A stretch of 64,000 nucleotides of DNA from contig NW_019091360.1 of the NCBI RefSeq assembly GCF_001949145.1, positions 3,470,864-3,534,863 on the forward strand, given 5' to 3'. Under the pieces are notes generated by a model. It saw only the letters and a program-made list of their open reading frames with translations, had not been told where the DNA came from and made no database searches. Origin of the DNA: Acanthaster planci. Taxonomy: Eukaryota. Made by a program: the position numbers and the translations under genes. Numbering within the stretch: the stretch's first letter is position 1; each line of letters begins with the position of its first letter. Shown here piece after piece: positions 25,886 through 39,800 of the stretch.

Positions 25886-26485
25886 TAATCCTTAATTATA
25901 GAGCTGGGCTATTTTGGCTCATCTAACACCCGGGGCGGATTCCGATCCCACCAGAACTCGGCTGCGGCTCTCTCGATTTTCGTGAAACGTCGCCTGCATA
26001 TAAAGAAACTCCATATCATTAAGACTGTGACGTTTGAACTCAATCAGACGTTTGTTGTTGTTGTTGTTACGGTAATTTGAAGTTCAAGGCTACATGGGTG
26101 CCAGCCTGCGTGCATTGAGCACCACAGCGGAAAAGTTTACATTCAGGCTGACCTGTCTCGGAAAAATGCAGGCTGCTTAAGAACGGTATGTTCAATTTTC
26201 ACCAAATTGATGTCAGAACGACTGCAAAATATTGCTAAGAAATCCCAGCTCCTTAAAAAAGGAAATGGTGGCAATACTGGTACAAATGGGGGGGGGGGGG
26301 GGGAAGAATTCCNNNNNNNNNNNNNNNNNNNNNNNNNNNNNNNNNNNNNNNNNNNNNNNNNNNNNNNNNNNNNNNNNNNNNNNNNNNNNNNNNNNNNNNN
26401 NNNNNNNNNNNNNNNNNNNNNNNNNNNNNNNNNNNNNNNNNGGGGGGGGGGGAAGCAATTCCGGCCCCGGTTCTTTTAGGGTTAA
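25886..26485. mobile_element. piggyBac-like non-autonomous element spanning an N gap
   Basis: Left end TTAATCCT...GAGCTGGGCTATTTTGG, right end GGTTCTTTTAGGGTTAA (TTAA boundaries). A related 5' piece lies at about 16190-16440. Confidence 0.45.
26313..26441. other. Assembly gap (129 N) between poly-G runs
   Basis: Run of N. Confidence 1.
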
Positions 26486-26504
26486 GGTGTCGCTTGAAAC
26501 GTAC

Positions 26505-27046
26505 CAACATGTCCCAACTACGGCAATGGCCCTAACCACTGGGTCTGCCCCAATCGTACCGGTAGTTGGGACATCCCAAGTGCGCGTATGCGACGCGACA
26601 GAGCAGTCCGGGAATCTAAAGTATGGTAGACAATTAATACTTTAGAAAATAAATTCCTTAAAATTATTGCCAACTCTCCAACGTGTTTTTGAGACAGAGT
26701 TCCTCGAGAAACCTTTATCCAGAATTGATCGTGATCAGTCCTTGGAGATGTTTTGAAGCATTTTGCTCTTCCCACTACTCCTATGGGGCACTGGAAAGAG
26801 CAAATGTCTTTTACAAAATTGTCCGGGGGGGTTACATCACATGCGAATTGTTTTACTGATGGGGGGGCTGCTTCCCCCCCAGCCCTGCAACTAGTTGAGA
26901 CTTTATCGGAAAATTCATCGCCCTGCGGCCGTATTTCCCTTCGCAGCTGGATCGGTCCCAACCACAATTTGCACTTTAGTGGCCGAATTATAGTTGGGAC
27001 GGCCCAATTGTAGTTGGGACCATTGCTTTAGTTGGGGTGTATGTGA
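26505..27046. mobile_element. MITE with imperfect terminal inverted repeats
   Basis: Left CCCAACTACGGCAATGGCCCTAACCAC pairs with right GTAGTTGGGACCATTGCTTTAGTTGGG; several internal TAGTTGGG repeats. Confidence 0.6.
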
Positions 27047-30000
27047 CAGCTGCTCTTACTGCGCACCATTTCTGCGCACTCTCTCAATTGACTCCACTGT
27101 AAATGTTGAACAGCGACCTCTTGGGTCCGATCAGAACACACCTGTTGGAAAAGTGACTTCCGTGCTGTTGGTAGAATCTTAATTTCTCCCCCTGGAAAGT
27201 CCCTCCATCAAGAATTAAGTCCACTTCTTGAAAAATGTGACTCACTGAACAACAGGTACTTTGCATTTTCTTGTAAAGATTGTTGTTTAAAATTTCATAT
27301 TTAGAGTCAGTATTTGTATTTGCTCGTAAAAGAGTAAAAATATTGAGAGTGTTTTTTTGTGTTGTAGGGCGTTGGAAGTCTCGACCAAAGTCCAACTCAG
27401 CAGGCGGTCATTCAAGCGCTAACACTTCAGCATGCAGGCCAAATAACCATATCTCTATCGAGAAAATATATATGTAGGGTCCTATCCTGGTGTTTTCGTC
27501 CTCAGAAGCTGCCAAAAGACGATGATGTAGTGGAAGCATTGGCCTGCAGAAGCTGTGCAGAGGTATCCTGAGTATAGGTAGGGTGCATTTTGTTTGTGAC
27601 ATTTGTTTGGAGTTGCGTAAATTGTGAAGTTAACGTGCATTAAGAGGGCCTAGTTTCATTCATGTCATTACAGCACCGGTACAGTTGGCAATTCAAAGTA
27701 TATTGACGTTTTGTGGGAATGACCATGAGTTGTGGATACTCATGTTAATATAAGATATTTATGAATACTTAGAAAGAATTTTTTCCCTGGACACCAGGTT
27801 AGCCTGTTCACCCTCAAACAGGTAATTTGGTCTCAGGTTTAGTTTGTGTTTTCATTGAGGAAAACTTGTTCATAAATTCGGCTGAGGGAAAACTGTTTAC
27901 AAAGTCAACAGAAAAGTTTGCTAGATGGGAGATTCTTCCTAGTTTGTCTTTATCGAAGGAAAGGATATACTATTTAGCATGTATCAATTCATTTGTAAAG
28001 TGCGTAGGCCCTACGTATTGATATAGACCTAAATAATAATTATTAAAGAAACATTATCAATTTGTAGAAAAATGAATAGGCCTCAATGAGAGGCTACGGA
28101 AATACAGTTATAGGTTATGGGGCAGTGCAGACATCTGGGAGTTTCACAAAATTGTGGGTAGCAACCATACCGCGCTGAAGAAAATAACTACAACGAGCGT
28201 GCGCGTACGTCCTGATCAAAGAAAAATTGATTAACCTGATCCTCGGACTGGCTGGTGCATGCATACAGTAAGTCGCCATGGTCGCTGTTTTCACCGGCAT
28301 GGTACCTACCATTTTGCGAGAATCCCGGATGTCCGCACTGCCCCATATCATGGAGGAATATTTAAAGAACACATGGTTATGCTTATATTGCCCTATACCA
28401 AACAGAAAAGTTGAGTCCATGTATTTGATTACATTATTCAGAAGTATTTGCATTAGATGCAACATGTTTGTCCTGCATCATTTTTCAGCACTGTAGCTGT
28501 TTTTAATGGCTTAAATTAATTGCATATATATCCAAAAGCAAAAGCAAAATACATGTAAATGTGCATTGCATTTGTACATGTAGGCCCTACTTGTTCTTTT
28601 CAAAAAGAAAACAGGATGATGTACTCCAAAATTACGCTCTGGGGTTGTCACTGTAATTTTATTTTGTTTATAATTATTTGAAAAAAATTGACATATAGAT
28701 TCTTTTCTTGGTTAGGAAGGGTACCCTGGAAATGCTAATTTTTTGTTTTTGCCTAACACATTTTAAATTTAGGGAAGGGCAGTTGAACAATAGGTAGTAT
28801 TCCACTAATCCATGTGCCAAGGTTTGGACCTTTTTTTTAACCAGCTTTTCAAAAATCTTTGGTTTTTAGCATGAGCATAAATCCCAAGCGGATAGGGGTG
28901 TATATGCCCCCAGATTTTGACTAGGGGATGAGCTATTAAATAATTCCCCCCCCCCCAAACTTTTTTGCAATGATAGAAAATTAAAGCAGATTGTAAAGTA
29001 TTTTTCACACTTCCCAAGAACCAAAATGTATTCGATATCAGTCAAAAGGAGAACAATAAAAATATGCCATTCTGACGTATTTGAATGAATGTCATACACA
29101 TTACAGATTTATGTCTGTACCATGAGCATTGCCCCCTAATATAATCTCATATGGTGTTATCTCCCCACAGCTTTTCAAATTTCCATGGTAGGGCAAGTCA
29201 TCCTGCACAATTCCCAATCCCCAATTTCTGGCATAGATCGATGCCACTAGTTGTCAGGTGGATTTTGCACAATTTATATGGGACTGCCAAGGCTAAAAAG
29301 TGTAGGCCCTATATTGTATCATGTTTTATATATTTTTTCATTAAAAATGTTCTTTAGCCAAATATGCAAATATGCATACATGTACCTCACAGATCCTTTA
29401 AAGTCTACTGGGAAATTTGAGAAGATTTTAAGGATTTTGGCAAACCTGTAGAAACCAATTTATAAACAAAGACTTTACATTGGCCGAATGGCCCTTGAAA
29501 TTTCAAGTGTAGGATGTGTGTTTAGGTTTCTGTACAGTGGAGCATTTTGGAAAAATTATCAAACAGGCTCCTAACATAAATATTGTGGGAATTGGGCTTA
29601 AACTTAAATCTCACAGTTCAAAGGGAATCACAAGCTCTTTAATGGTTATTTTTTTATAATTGTTTGATTGCATATGCCAGAAAAACTATTGACTTGCAAT
29701 CCCAGCAAAGTGAAAACTCTATTGGACTTTCTGGATTTTGAACGCGGAATGAACAAGAAAATTATTTCAAAGGCAACACATGCTTGTTAATGGGAACGTT
29801 AAACTAGAAACCAGTCGACCAGTCCTGTAAGTTTTTATTCCAAGCAAATTTTCATACAGTAACAAATCCACAGTCAGATGTCGTTTGGCTTGTCCCTAGT
29901 AATATCCAGTTTCAAGCCCTTGTTATACTTGTCTGACCTCCAATCCAACATGGTACCCTCTCAGTACTGGGCTAGGGGTGCTCTGTGAGTACCACACAAG

Positions 30001-30841
30001 TCTATCCTATTGTGTGGGCTGGGGTGTAATTTGCATTCGGTTCACTGGTTCATTGAACAGACATATACCCACAGAGGTTACTCTATTGTTGAGAACCTGC
30101 TTCTATTGACTGCCTGTTCTGGGTTTTATGTGAATGAGCATGGAGGTTAGAGTGCTGAGCATAACTGGTTTCCTTGTGTGGGTGTGGCAGATGTAAAGCG
30201 TGTTGATGATTAAACAACAGTCACAGTTTTGAATATTTTCAACATGTTTCATTTAAAAATGTTCTGTTACAAATCTGCATCGTGTGATTAGACATTCCAA
30301 AGTGTTTACCCATTGGAATGAAGTACATGTAATTATAGCCTCATTCTCCGAGTTGGAACTCCATAACATCCATTGATAAGAAAGTAATGAATATCAGAAT
30401 AAGAGAAAGAGATTTCAAGTTTGTGAGCTGTAATGTCAACCTCAGTTTCAAGCGGTTTACAATCATTGTGTCAAATTACACTATCAGTCTTCTCAAACTG
30501 AAATTTATAAAAAGCCAATGGAATTGTATTTGTAGTTGGAAGAACCGAAACCTGAAGTCTGCTTATTTAGGGCAGAGAAACTTTGAAAAATAAGTGTTTA
30601 CCGCAAGTTGAAAAGTAGGTTGTCCAAGTTGGCAATTTTGAAAATACTTTTTTTTCAGAATTTACAATAGGACGTCCAAAATGGCTAAAGTAATACGAGA
30701 TGTCTAAAAGATGCCCATAGAATATTTCTAGCTAAAACCTTGCTTGAGGTTTTTCTGTTGAAAATTTGTAAACCTTTTTTTTTACCTGCAACTGATTGTA
30801 GTTTTTCTTCCATCCTGCAGTACTTACTGCTGAGTTAATCC

Positions 30842-33800
30842 ATGATGGCTGCCAGTTATCGGAGAAGCAGAGGTGAACGGTATGCTTCAAATCTCAGCTC
30901 AACGTCAGGCATTGTAGAATACAGTTACGTCCATGACGCAAGTGGAACCGATTCCAGAAATGGTGGGGTCTACGCTGTACGCAAGCGTGAGTATGAGTTC
31001 TTTTCCCCAACAGGATGTTTTTATTGTTCCAAAGTTGACAACCATTTAGTGCATCAAAATGGATGATCTTATTGATTTTATGTCCTATAATATGCTAAAG
31101 AGGGACAGATTTCCAGGAATCATTTCATTTTAAAGTTTCAGTCAGTTTGTTGGCTTTCACAAATTTTCTGCTAGGATTGGAATGTCGGGGCCCTGATATT
31201 TTTATTAAATGGTAATTCATTTGGTCAATTTTTCTACATAAAGTGATAACCTATATTTTGTGGCCTTGAGACAAATGGTTCAGTTTAAGAAGAGTTCTTA
31301 ATTATTTTTGAAAAAAACACAGAACCTTTGTTCTACAGTGGTGCATTAGTGCAACAGTAAACCTGATTAGCCATATGTCTGTTGGCATAACTCCAGCCAT
31401 GCTCGTGTTTACACAGTGTCAAAAATAACCATTTGTAACCCAAGTAACATAAGCAGTGTCCATTACATTGTGCTTTAGTTTTGTCGACAGCCCTAAATCA
31501 TTGTTGTCAATGAAAATGCATTCCCTGTGCATGAATCATAAATATGGAGTGTAGGTGTCTCGATTTTTAATGCCTCAAGTCCAAGATCCCAACCTTAAAA
31601 ATAAAGTTTGTTTCCTTCCGGACCACTAACATCTTGGTTTGTGATTTCATCTTGCTTAGTGGGCTTGTAAAGAAGGGTATTAATTTTGGATATTTGACAT
31701 TGCCTTTAAAATAAATGTTTTTTAAGAAAACCACCACTGGTAAAAGACTAATTGTTACACCCGTTATCAGTCGACAGTATGTGCATAGTACGCTGCTTCT
31801 GGGTTAAATTTCAACCTAAACTGCATGGGTTAGTGTCAGGCATGCTATCGGTACCCTGCCTGAACACAAAAGGTTTTCGTTGCTGTGGAGTAAACACTGT
31901 ACATGTTTGTATGCACAGGTATGCCAGGTTATTTTCTTACTGAAGACCATCCAGTCAATTGAATTGAAAAACTTTGAGGAATTTGAAAAAAAAACTTGAT
32001 TGTGGAATGTTGATAAAAATAACAATTGCCTCCAACCCCTCTTCATTTGTTTAATCAAGGCTACTTGCACTTTGAACTTGAGGTTGTTGAACATGCTTTG
32101 TACAGTGTATGCAGAGCTTACATGTAGGTCAGAAAATAAAATAGTTCTGCTTCCAGTTTTCTGACTGACCTTAATTTTTTGGCACAAGCCTGAAATTATT
32201 ATCGATCGGCATTTAAAAAAGAATGAATTGAAAAAAAAGTTGATAATAAAAATTCCTGTCATCTGTCCCCCCAAAATGTCTCTCATCAACTTGTTTTTAC
32301 ATCAAAGACACTTGAATTCAAATGTTTGTCTACTTTAATTCACAACTTTTGAGAAGACATTGTTTCATGAGTTTCCTTTGCGTTTGGCTGTGAAAAAAAT
32401 GTGCAATGATGCTCAAATGCTCAATGCTGTGCTGGTTCCTGCTGCTCCACACTGCCATTGCTAAAGAAATCATGATGGCAATGTGGCAACCAGTATAGCA
32501 TCCCAGCCACATAGTGTTACCGTACATTATAAATAAGTAAAACATTGATGAAGTAAGAAATTCATCAACTTCATAATTCGCTATCATTAAACTTGATTTT
32601 GTCTGTATTATTTTCCATGCTCATGAATTGCTCATACTTGAACCAAGCCCGTTTCATCAAAATTTCTTGTTGCAAGTTGATGTTCATAATCCACCCCACA
32701 GATGCATCCTGCATGCATGGACATTTTTGGCCTGTTTCCAGTCGTGACTAGTGTTGTGCACAATGGTGTGCACAACCTGAATCCTCCATTATTTTAAGAA
32801 TTACAGTCGGTAAATATTTTTCACAGCAATCAATGCAAGTTTATATCATTTTTGGTGGCAATTATTTAATAGTTTATGTTGTGCAAATGGAAATGGTCAA
32901 GGGTGAAATTGGCATATAATTGAATATCCCGTGCAATCAGCACGCACAAAAAATTGCCAAAGATTCAAAATTTCTACCTTGCCACCCTATTTGAGAGGCA
33001 CGTATGTGTAATTGGAAGCAGAAAATTGTTTTTGATCTGCTTATATACATGTAAGTTTAAGCATTTTTTCTTTCACTGCCTAGAATACTTGCATTCAGTG
33101 ATTCCCTAAACCCTCACATAGAAAAAAGTCTGCAGTATGTATGTTGTGCAATGAAAGTCACCACATAAATGAATCGTTACGTTTAAACAAGACTACATTG
33201 CTATGACACTTTAAGGCATTTGTACTTGTAGCATCATGATATCACTTTAATTACATTACAGTTTCTAACTGATAAGTAACATTAATGTACTTAATTTTTT
33301 AATCGCTATCATCGTATCTGAGATTACCAAAATAAAATCGGGTTTGTCAAATATTGGTAATAGAGATGAACGTTGGACGCACCCTCTGTCCTAAAATTAA
33401 TGTAACATGTGATAACCACACACCATTGACAAAATCAACTTCATCTGTAGCTCTGAAATCCCTGAGGAGCTGTTGCATGAGACCTTGATTACAAGACCTC
33501 AGACACAATTATTGATGTACTTCCAGTTGCCTGTGTTTATCCTACCATATACAGCCCTCACCTTTCGGTACCAGATTTTTTTCTCTCGCTTGCTCCTAGC
33601 CTACATGTAACCTCTTACATCTGTTGCTGTGACTCGTAACATGGAATATGTCAACAGCTCTGCCTTCCTGGAGGATTGCATGCCTTTCATAGTTACTCTG
33701 GTTTGGTGACAGCACGTTACAGCCTCTGTATTCTGTCTTCCTCAGAGGTGGGCCATTGCTCGTTGGCTCTTATCAAAACCGTGCCTAGTCTTGAGTGCAC

Positions 33801-36800
33801 TGAGGGGGTTCTCGGTCCTTGGCTTTGGATTTCAGACTTGTTGGTGAGGCTGGATGTCTGGGCACAGCATGGAGACTAGATCATATGAACCTGATGATTA
33901 AGGCCTGGATTACCAGTGCCTTAGTGTGGTTCTTCCAACCACCCCCAGTCCATGCACTTCTCACTTTCGTCTCAAGATCAATACATCTTTGCTGTTTTTA
34001 TTTTCTCAGCTTGCCCTGCATAAAGTGATGTACATACTTATTAGTATTTCCCAGTTTGCCATGAGCAAGGGTCAAATTGAAAACTATGTTGAAGAAGATC
34101 ATTTATGATCAGCTGTTAGTCCTGAATTTCCTTTGTGGAGGAAATTGAGTTGTCGTGGGATTTTTGATATCAGCGTGGATTGCGTAGCATCAGAGTTATG
34201 GCTGTGTACGGTTGGCAACATAAGTCTAAGTCTGAATGCATCGGTGTGAAACTGCCAGGTAGGTTTAGTGTGATTATAATTCCATCCCTCCAACAACTTC
34301 CCTTGACCACACCCACCTCCATGTAATTCAATATCAGCATGCTTTTTGACATAAAATTCCATTTCTAGGCAAATACTGCTGTAGACATGGAAGAATTTAA
34401 AGTGCTTAACACCGAACCCTTATCCATTAAAATCTTACTCCTCGCCTTTGTAGATTTTGATAGATAAGGTGCATCAGAGTACATAACACCTCCCATGCTC
34501 TATGTTTACCATTGTGGGTTAGTATATGGATGTTGTTTCGGATATATTTATCATCAGTGGTACATGTACTGTGTGTAGGGCCTATGTACATGTACATTTC
34601 TGAAAGCTGATGGGCAATGTGCGGTTACATTACAAGTCTTTCCAGATTCCAGTGAGGGATCCAAAATTGGAAACGGAAATGAATGTACTGAATACCTCCA
34701 ATTTCTGCCACCTGTGGGATAGATCCAGGCAACAGGACTTTGAAAAAGTCAGTTTTTAGTTGGATCATACAAATTTGCCCTTCTTCAAATGTACTACATG
34801 TAAGTAACATGGTGTTGCATAAAGTGTGGACTGACTTAAATAGGTGTCCTAATTGTAAAGGTAAAATTAGGAAAACTTCCATTCAAGTCCTTTCAGTAAA
34901 TTCAGGTTTGTCTCCTGACCATTCTGTCCAAGCACGAGTTTATTTGATGGTAGGAAACTGAACAGTTGTTGGGAATATATAATCATGACCTCTGTCCTGA
35001 CCTTGGCTTAGGTTGTCAGTTTGGTTGGCACTCAGCTGATAGGTGGTCATACATCACCTGGCTTGGTTCATTATAATTTGTCAGGGTGAATAGGTGAAAA
35101 GCTTTGGCTATAAAAATAGGTTATGTAAAGTCTGCTGTCCTGGAAAGACCTGTGGTTTAAAGTGTTTTCTACCTGTTTGTTGTAGCAGAGAAAAATGATT
35201 TATATGCCAAGTGCAATTGATTGAGGTGTTACTGGTACACTTAGTGAGAAAAATAAAATAGTTGACAAACTGACTTTCCCATCAACCAACCATTGGAGAA
35301 TTAGCTTCAATCAATATTCTTGATATCAGATTTTGTGCCTGTCACCTGTTTTGGGCGTCTACTTTTCAGAAAATTTATTTGCTCGCCAACTCCACTTTTG
35401 AGTTGTTTGTTTCCCATGTGTACATCTTGGCAGAGTGACAAATTCCACAAAATTATTGACTTCTGAAATAAATCATAGCATACAAGGTATTTTGTTCCAG
35501 CCTCTTTGAATTTAAAAAAGCAACCGTCTTACCGTAAATCATTAAAAAAACAGATAAGAAGAAACAGTCAATGTTCATGTTGAAATATTTCTTTTAGCCA
35601 TCGTGATTATCCACACAAACAAACCCTAAAGTTTATACAGCGCCACATGTTCCCAGTTTCGATTTCTCTCCAGCACAAGGTAACTTGTCAGCCTCTTTTA
35701 GATCCTGCATTTTTGTCCAGTACCTTTGACCCCTGTACTCTGTGTATCCATTACAAGAAATGCCGGTTTGCTTTGTATTGTGGCTAATTCCTGTGGTACT
35801 GGTCATTACAATAATATGTAGTTATTGTTCCCAGGGGAAAGCAGGCCAGAGAGTTTTTGAGTCTTGCATGCTTCCCTCTTTACACCATCTAATAGAGTTT
35901 TAAGGGCTAGCATACATGTACATGTATACAGTATGTGGTTAAGAATATTTTTTTTTCACTTTTCTATCCGTGCTTAATAATATAAAAGAAAATCTGTATC
36001 CTGGTTCAGTCGGAATCTTTAATTTAATGAAATGCTGAGCACATTCATTTGGTACATGTACATGGATTTAGGCATGGATCCAGTCCCCTGTAAAAGTTCG
36101 TGTTTTGAGTAATGTGTAAAATGTACACTCATCTGTACATCATGTACATTTACAAGTACATGTATATGTACCAGTATGTGCTGAAATCATGCTCTTTGAT
36201 CTGTGTGGGTGTTAATGTACTTTTTCTCTGAAACAAAATGGTGAGAGACATAGAGTGTTCTCGGTTCTGAAAATAACCTTTGGACGTGTATTCTGACTCT
36301 GACTTCTTTAATTAAAGAAAATTTGTGTGATATTAAACTAAAATGTATTGTATGGCCATCACATATTCTAAGTTTGGAGTATAGACTTCTAAAAGCTCAG
36401 ATACCTTGTCAACGGCATACTTCTTGTTTAAAGCAAAATTCCGTCCGTATGGTGACCTTTACCTTCTGACCCCTCCTGTGTCATATAACTCAGGATTATA
36501 TCAAAAGCCAAAATGTAAATTACCTTCCCATACCATGCACTTTCAGCAGGCCCAGTCGATCATCATAAAAGCTCTGTACAGAAAATTTATGTATGGCCTT
36601 TCCAGCAGTTCTCTTTTTAGTGACTGCCTGCCATTTGCGTGTGTCGTCTCTTTGGTTCCATTTTATGCTCAAACTGGACTGAATGACCCAGGAAAGTTTT
36701 CTAGGCCTATGCGTACTTGTACATGTACATGTGGGTTCCTGTCAGGATCACAATGGGTAAAGTGGTGCTTGTCGGTGAACTATTGTAACTGAATTCCTCT

Positions 36801-39800
36801 ATTCTGTGAGCTTCAGGGCTCCATTTGAGGAAGCTCTCAAGGTGTAACCCATCTATCATTCTGGAGGCTTTGTGCATTATTTGACAGGAATTGTGTTCCT
36901 GGTCTCTGAAGGGCTTTGATGAAGGAGACACGAAGTGACCTACAGAACATAATGGTGTTGTGACAATTCACTACACTTGATGTCCAGAATCTTTCAGTCA
37001 TGATAGATTTATGTACATGATAGGTACATAACAATGTAAACTTCATGTACATGTCTGTCATTTACTCCTTCGAAATTAGTATTGGAATTTCCTTGCATTG
37101 TTCGTTCACGTCCTTCCAAATTCTCAAATGAATTGTTGGTTGGTTGATCCTCCAACATTCTAGTTATCAATACAGATTTAAGCAGATTTTCACATTTTTA
37201 CATTAAAATGGACCCCTTGTAATGCTACACACAATCCTTTAAAATACAGTTTGGAATTCTTGTAACAGACTAACGGACTCCACCGTCTTTTATACATACA
37301 TGTACATATCAATTTTAGATTTAATTATGGGGATGAGACTCACTAACCCGTTGTGTTCAAATATAATTAAATACCCTGGACAGTACAGGAACCTCATTAT
37401 TCATTTCTTACATGTAAATTTGTATGCAAATCCGCTGAAGCTTCATTTATCACAGGCCCATGCAGTACAGCAGTACAATGTACATGTAGTATTGGAAAGT
37501 CTGTTGATAATTGTTGGATTGTCATTCAAAGTGAATAAACAGTTAACATCCTATGCCTATATGGCATGACACTGGCATTCTGGATGCATAGTGTAGCTCA
37601 GATTCCTCTCAATAGGTTGGTCCACCAATGATTATTCTTGCCATTTCAATCTTTAACCCCCCTGTCTCTGGTTTAAATATTGAATGTTGACACAAGCCCA
37701 GCTTTTATTGTGCATCTCCAACAACTCACCAGTGTTGTACACCTAAGGTCATGGAAACTGCAGTGATATGCTAGTGTGGCTGTCTGCTAGCTTAGATCAC
37801 TATCTTCGATAAAATTGTGGTAGCGGCCCGAATGTAAAACATCTTATCTCTGCAAACATACTCCGGAGCAGCACTTTTTTGGTATCTAAGTTGTGAAAAT
37901 GACTCTGTTGTGCCATAAAAAATTCAAATACACTAAAATAAGGCATTGATTGAATGTTGAAAGAGAGAAAAAATGTATATACAAGTATTAAGAGCAAATA
38001 TGGTGCCATTTTCTTGGAGTTGTTTTGTCTGTGAAGAGTTTGGCTGCGTGCAAGGGAAGAAGCAAATATTGTTCAAGTTGGCTGTTCAGTATTTACGTAC
38101 ATGTATGGTACCATGCAACATCATTTCAAAGAAACTAAATGTCAAGTGCTTCACAAAATACATTTGTAAAATTACTGTCTACCATGTTTGTTTCCTGTGT
38201 GTGTACAATGTTAGGATTTAGTTGGAACCAAATGATGCAGGATAAGTCGGTAAAACGTTCACTGAATATTCTTTGACTGCCTGAACATTTTCTGTGTTGG
38301 CCTTCATGTACATGTACAGCGTGTAAATACTGGTATGGCTGTTTTTGTAGTCTGCATTTTATGTACATATTCTGTTGAATCAGTTGAACATTCTGATCAA
38401 CCTTGAATGCCATAAATTATTTCCTGTTGCCTCCAGCTGAGTGCTTAGCAAAAATATCCAGCCAGACTTAGCATGCCCCAGTTTAGCTTTATCAACAAAA
38501 GACAGTTGTTGTTTTGAACATGTTTGAAATTGTTCAGAGCAGACATGTATCTGTATGAAGAAGAAGGTGCATTAAGTATGTGTGGTTCTGAGAGGAACCG
38601 AGGAATAACTCATTCCCCGGGGAATGAGTTATTCCCCGGTTCTTCTCAGAACCACACATACTCAAGAAAGAGAATGATCCATGGTGTAACCGCAATCGTT
38701 TTACTCGTATAGTTCTTTCACCATGAAAACTTTCAAGTCTTAAGGTGCATTAAATTGACCAGTATCATTATTCATGTATGTAAATGAATGGCAGGTTGTG
38801 GCAAGGGTCTTGGCACATACTCGTCTGTAACTGTAAAATAATATTGAAGTGCTTTATTAGCCTACATGTGCTGACATGTACAATATAAAATTAGCTCACT
38901 TAATGCAGAGAACTTCAAGTGATTTGTTTGACTTTCATTGAAGACAGGACAGATGAGCAGTTTCTTGTGAGTGAGATTTGTAATCATTTTGTTATGGTTA
39001 GTGATTGATTTAGTGTACTGTTGTCTGACTTCTACTGACTTCTACATACATGCAAACTCCAGAAGTATAAACCACTTTTAAATTTTTTTTTACCCGCCAC
39101 AGATCCTGTCATGCAGGCTGTCCAAATATCGGACCTCCTCAAGCGAAGGATTGCTTTTCTCTCAGGTAAAACTCTAATTATTGTTTGAAACTCTGTCTCA
39201 CTTTATCGGGTGTTTTTGAAGTTCCTGTCTACAGGAAGTGTTGGAATGACTATGGGAAGTGTATTGAGGAAGTAGTTGAATCAATATACATGTAAGTGTA
39301 TTTAATCAGATTTGCAGATTAAAATGGGTTAAACAGTGTAATCCAGATAGTGATTCAGCCAATGCATCCTGGGGCGTACATGTACTTTGTACATCATTTA
39401 CGAACTCTTCACCTTGGAAAATACCAGTGCGGCTTTTAAGATCAGGACATTTCTAGTTACATAACCATGCAAACATTATTGTACTGTAGATTTAATTAAG
39501 TATTGTACTTTCATGAAAAACAGTTGGTGCATATGTAGATTTCAAATTGAGACATCAGACTCAAGCTTAATGTAATGCACCATTCCATCTGCAAAAAACC
39601 TACACTTTATATGTAAATGAGATTCATTTATATGTACATGTACCTGGATGCTTTGTTGCAGATAGTGCATTAATTCTTTAGCTATGCACGTAAACGTGTA
39701 CATGCATATAACCTGCTTGTAGTTTGCTGTGTTTGGTGTTTCGTTTTATGACCTGGAGATGCCAGTATCAATTAGGTTTTTTATTACATTTCTGAATCCA

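Noticed and set aside
27520..27575. C/D-box snoRNA or small coding exon
   Set aside because: Imperfect C box, no terminal stem, and the in-frame stop before ATG 30842 argues against upstream coding sequence.
31000..39000. Many short ORFs from the six-frame track
   Set aside because: No coding-like composition or motifs; intronic noise in AT-rich DNA.
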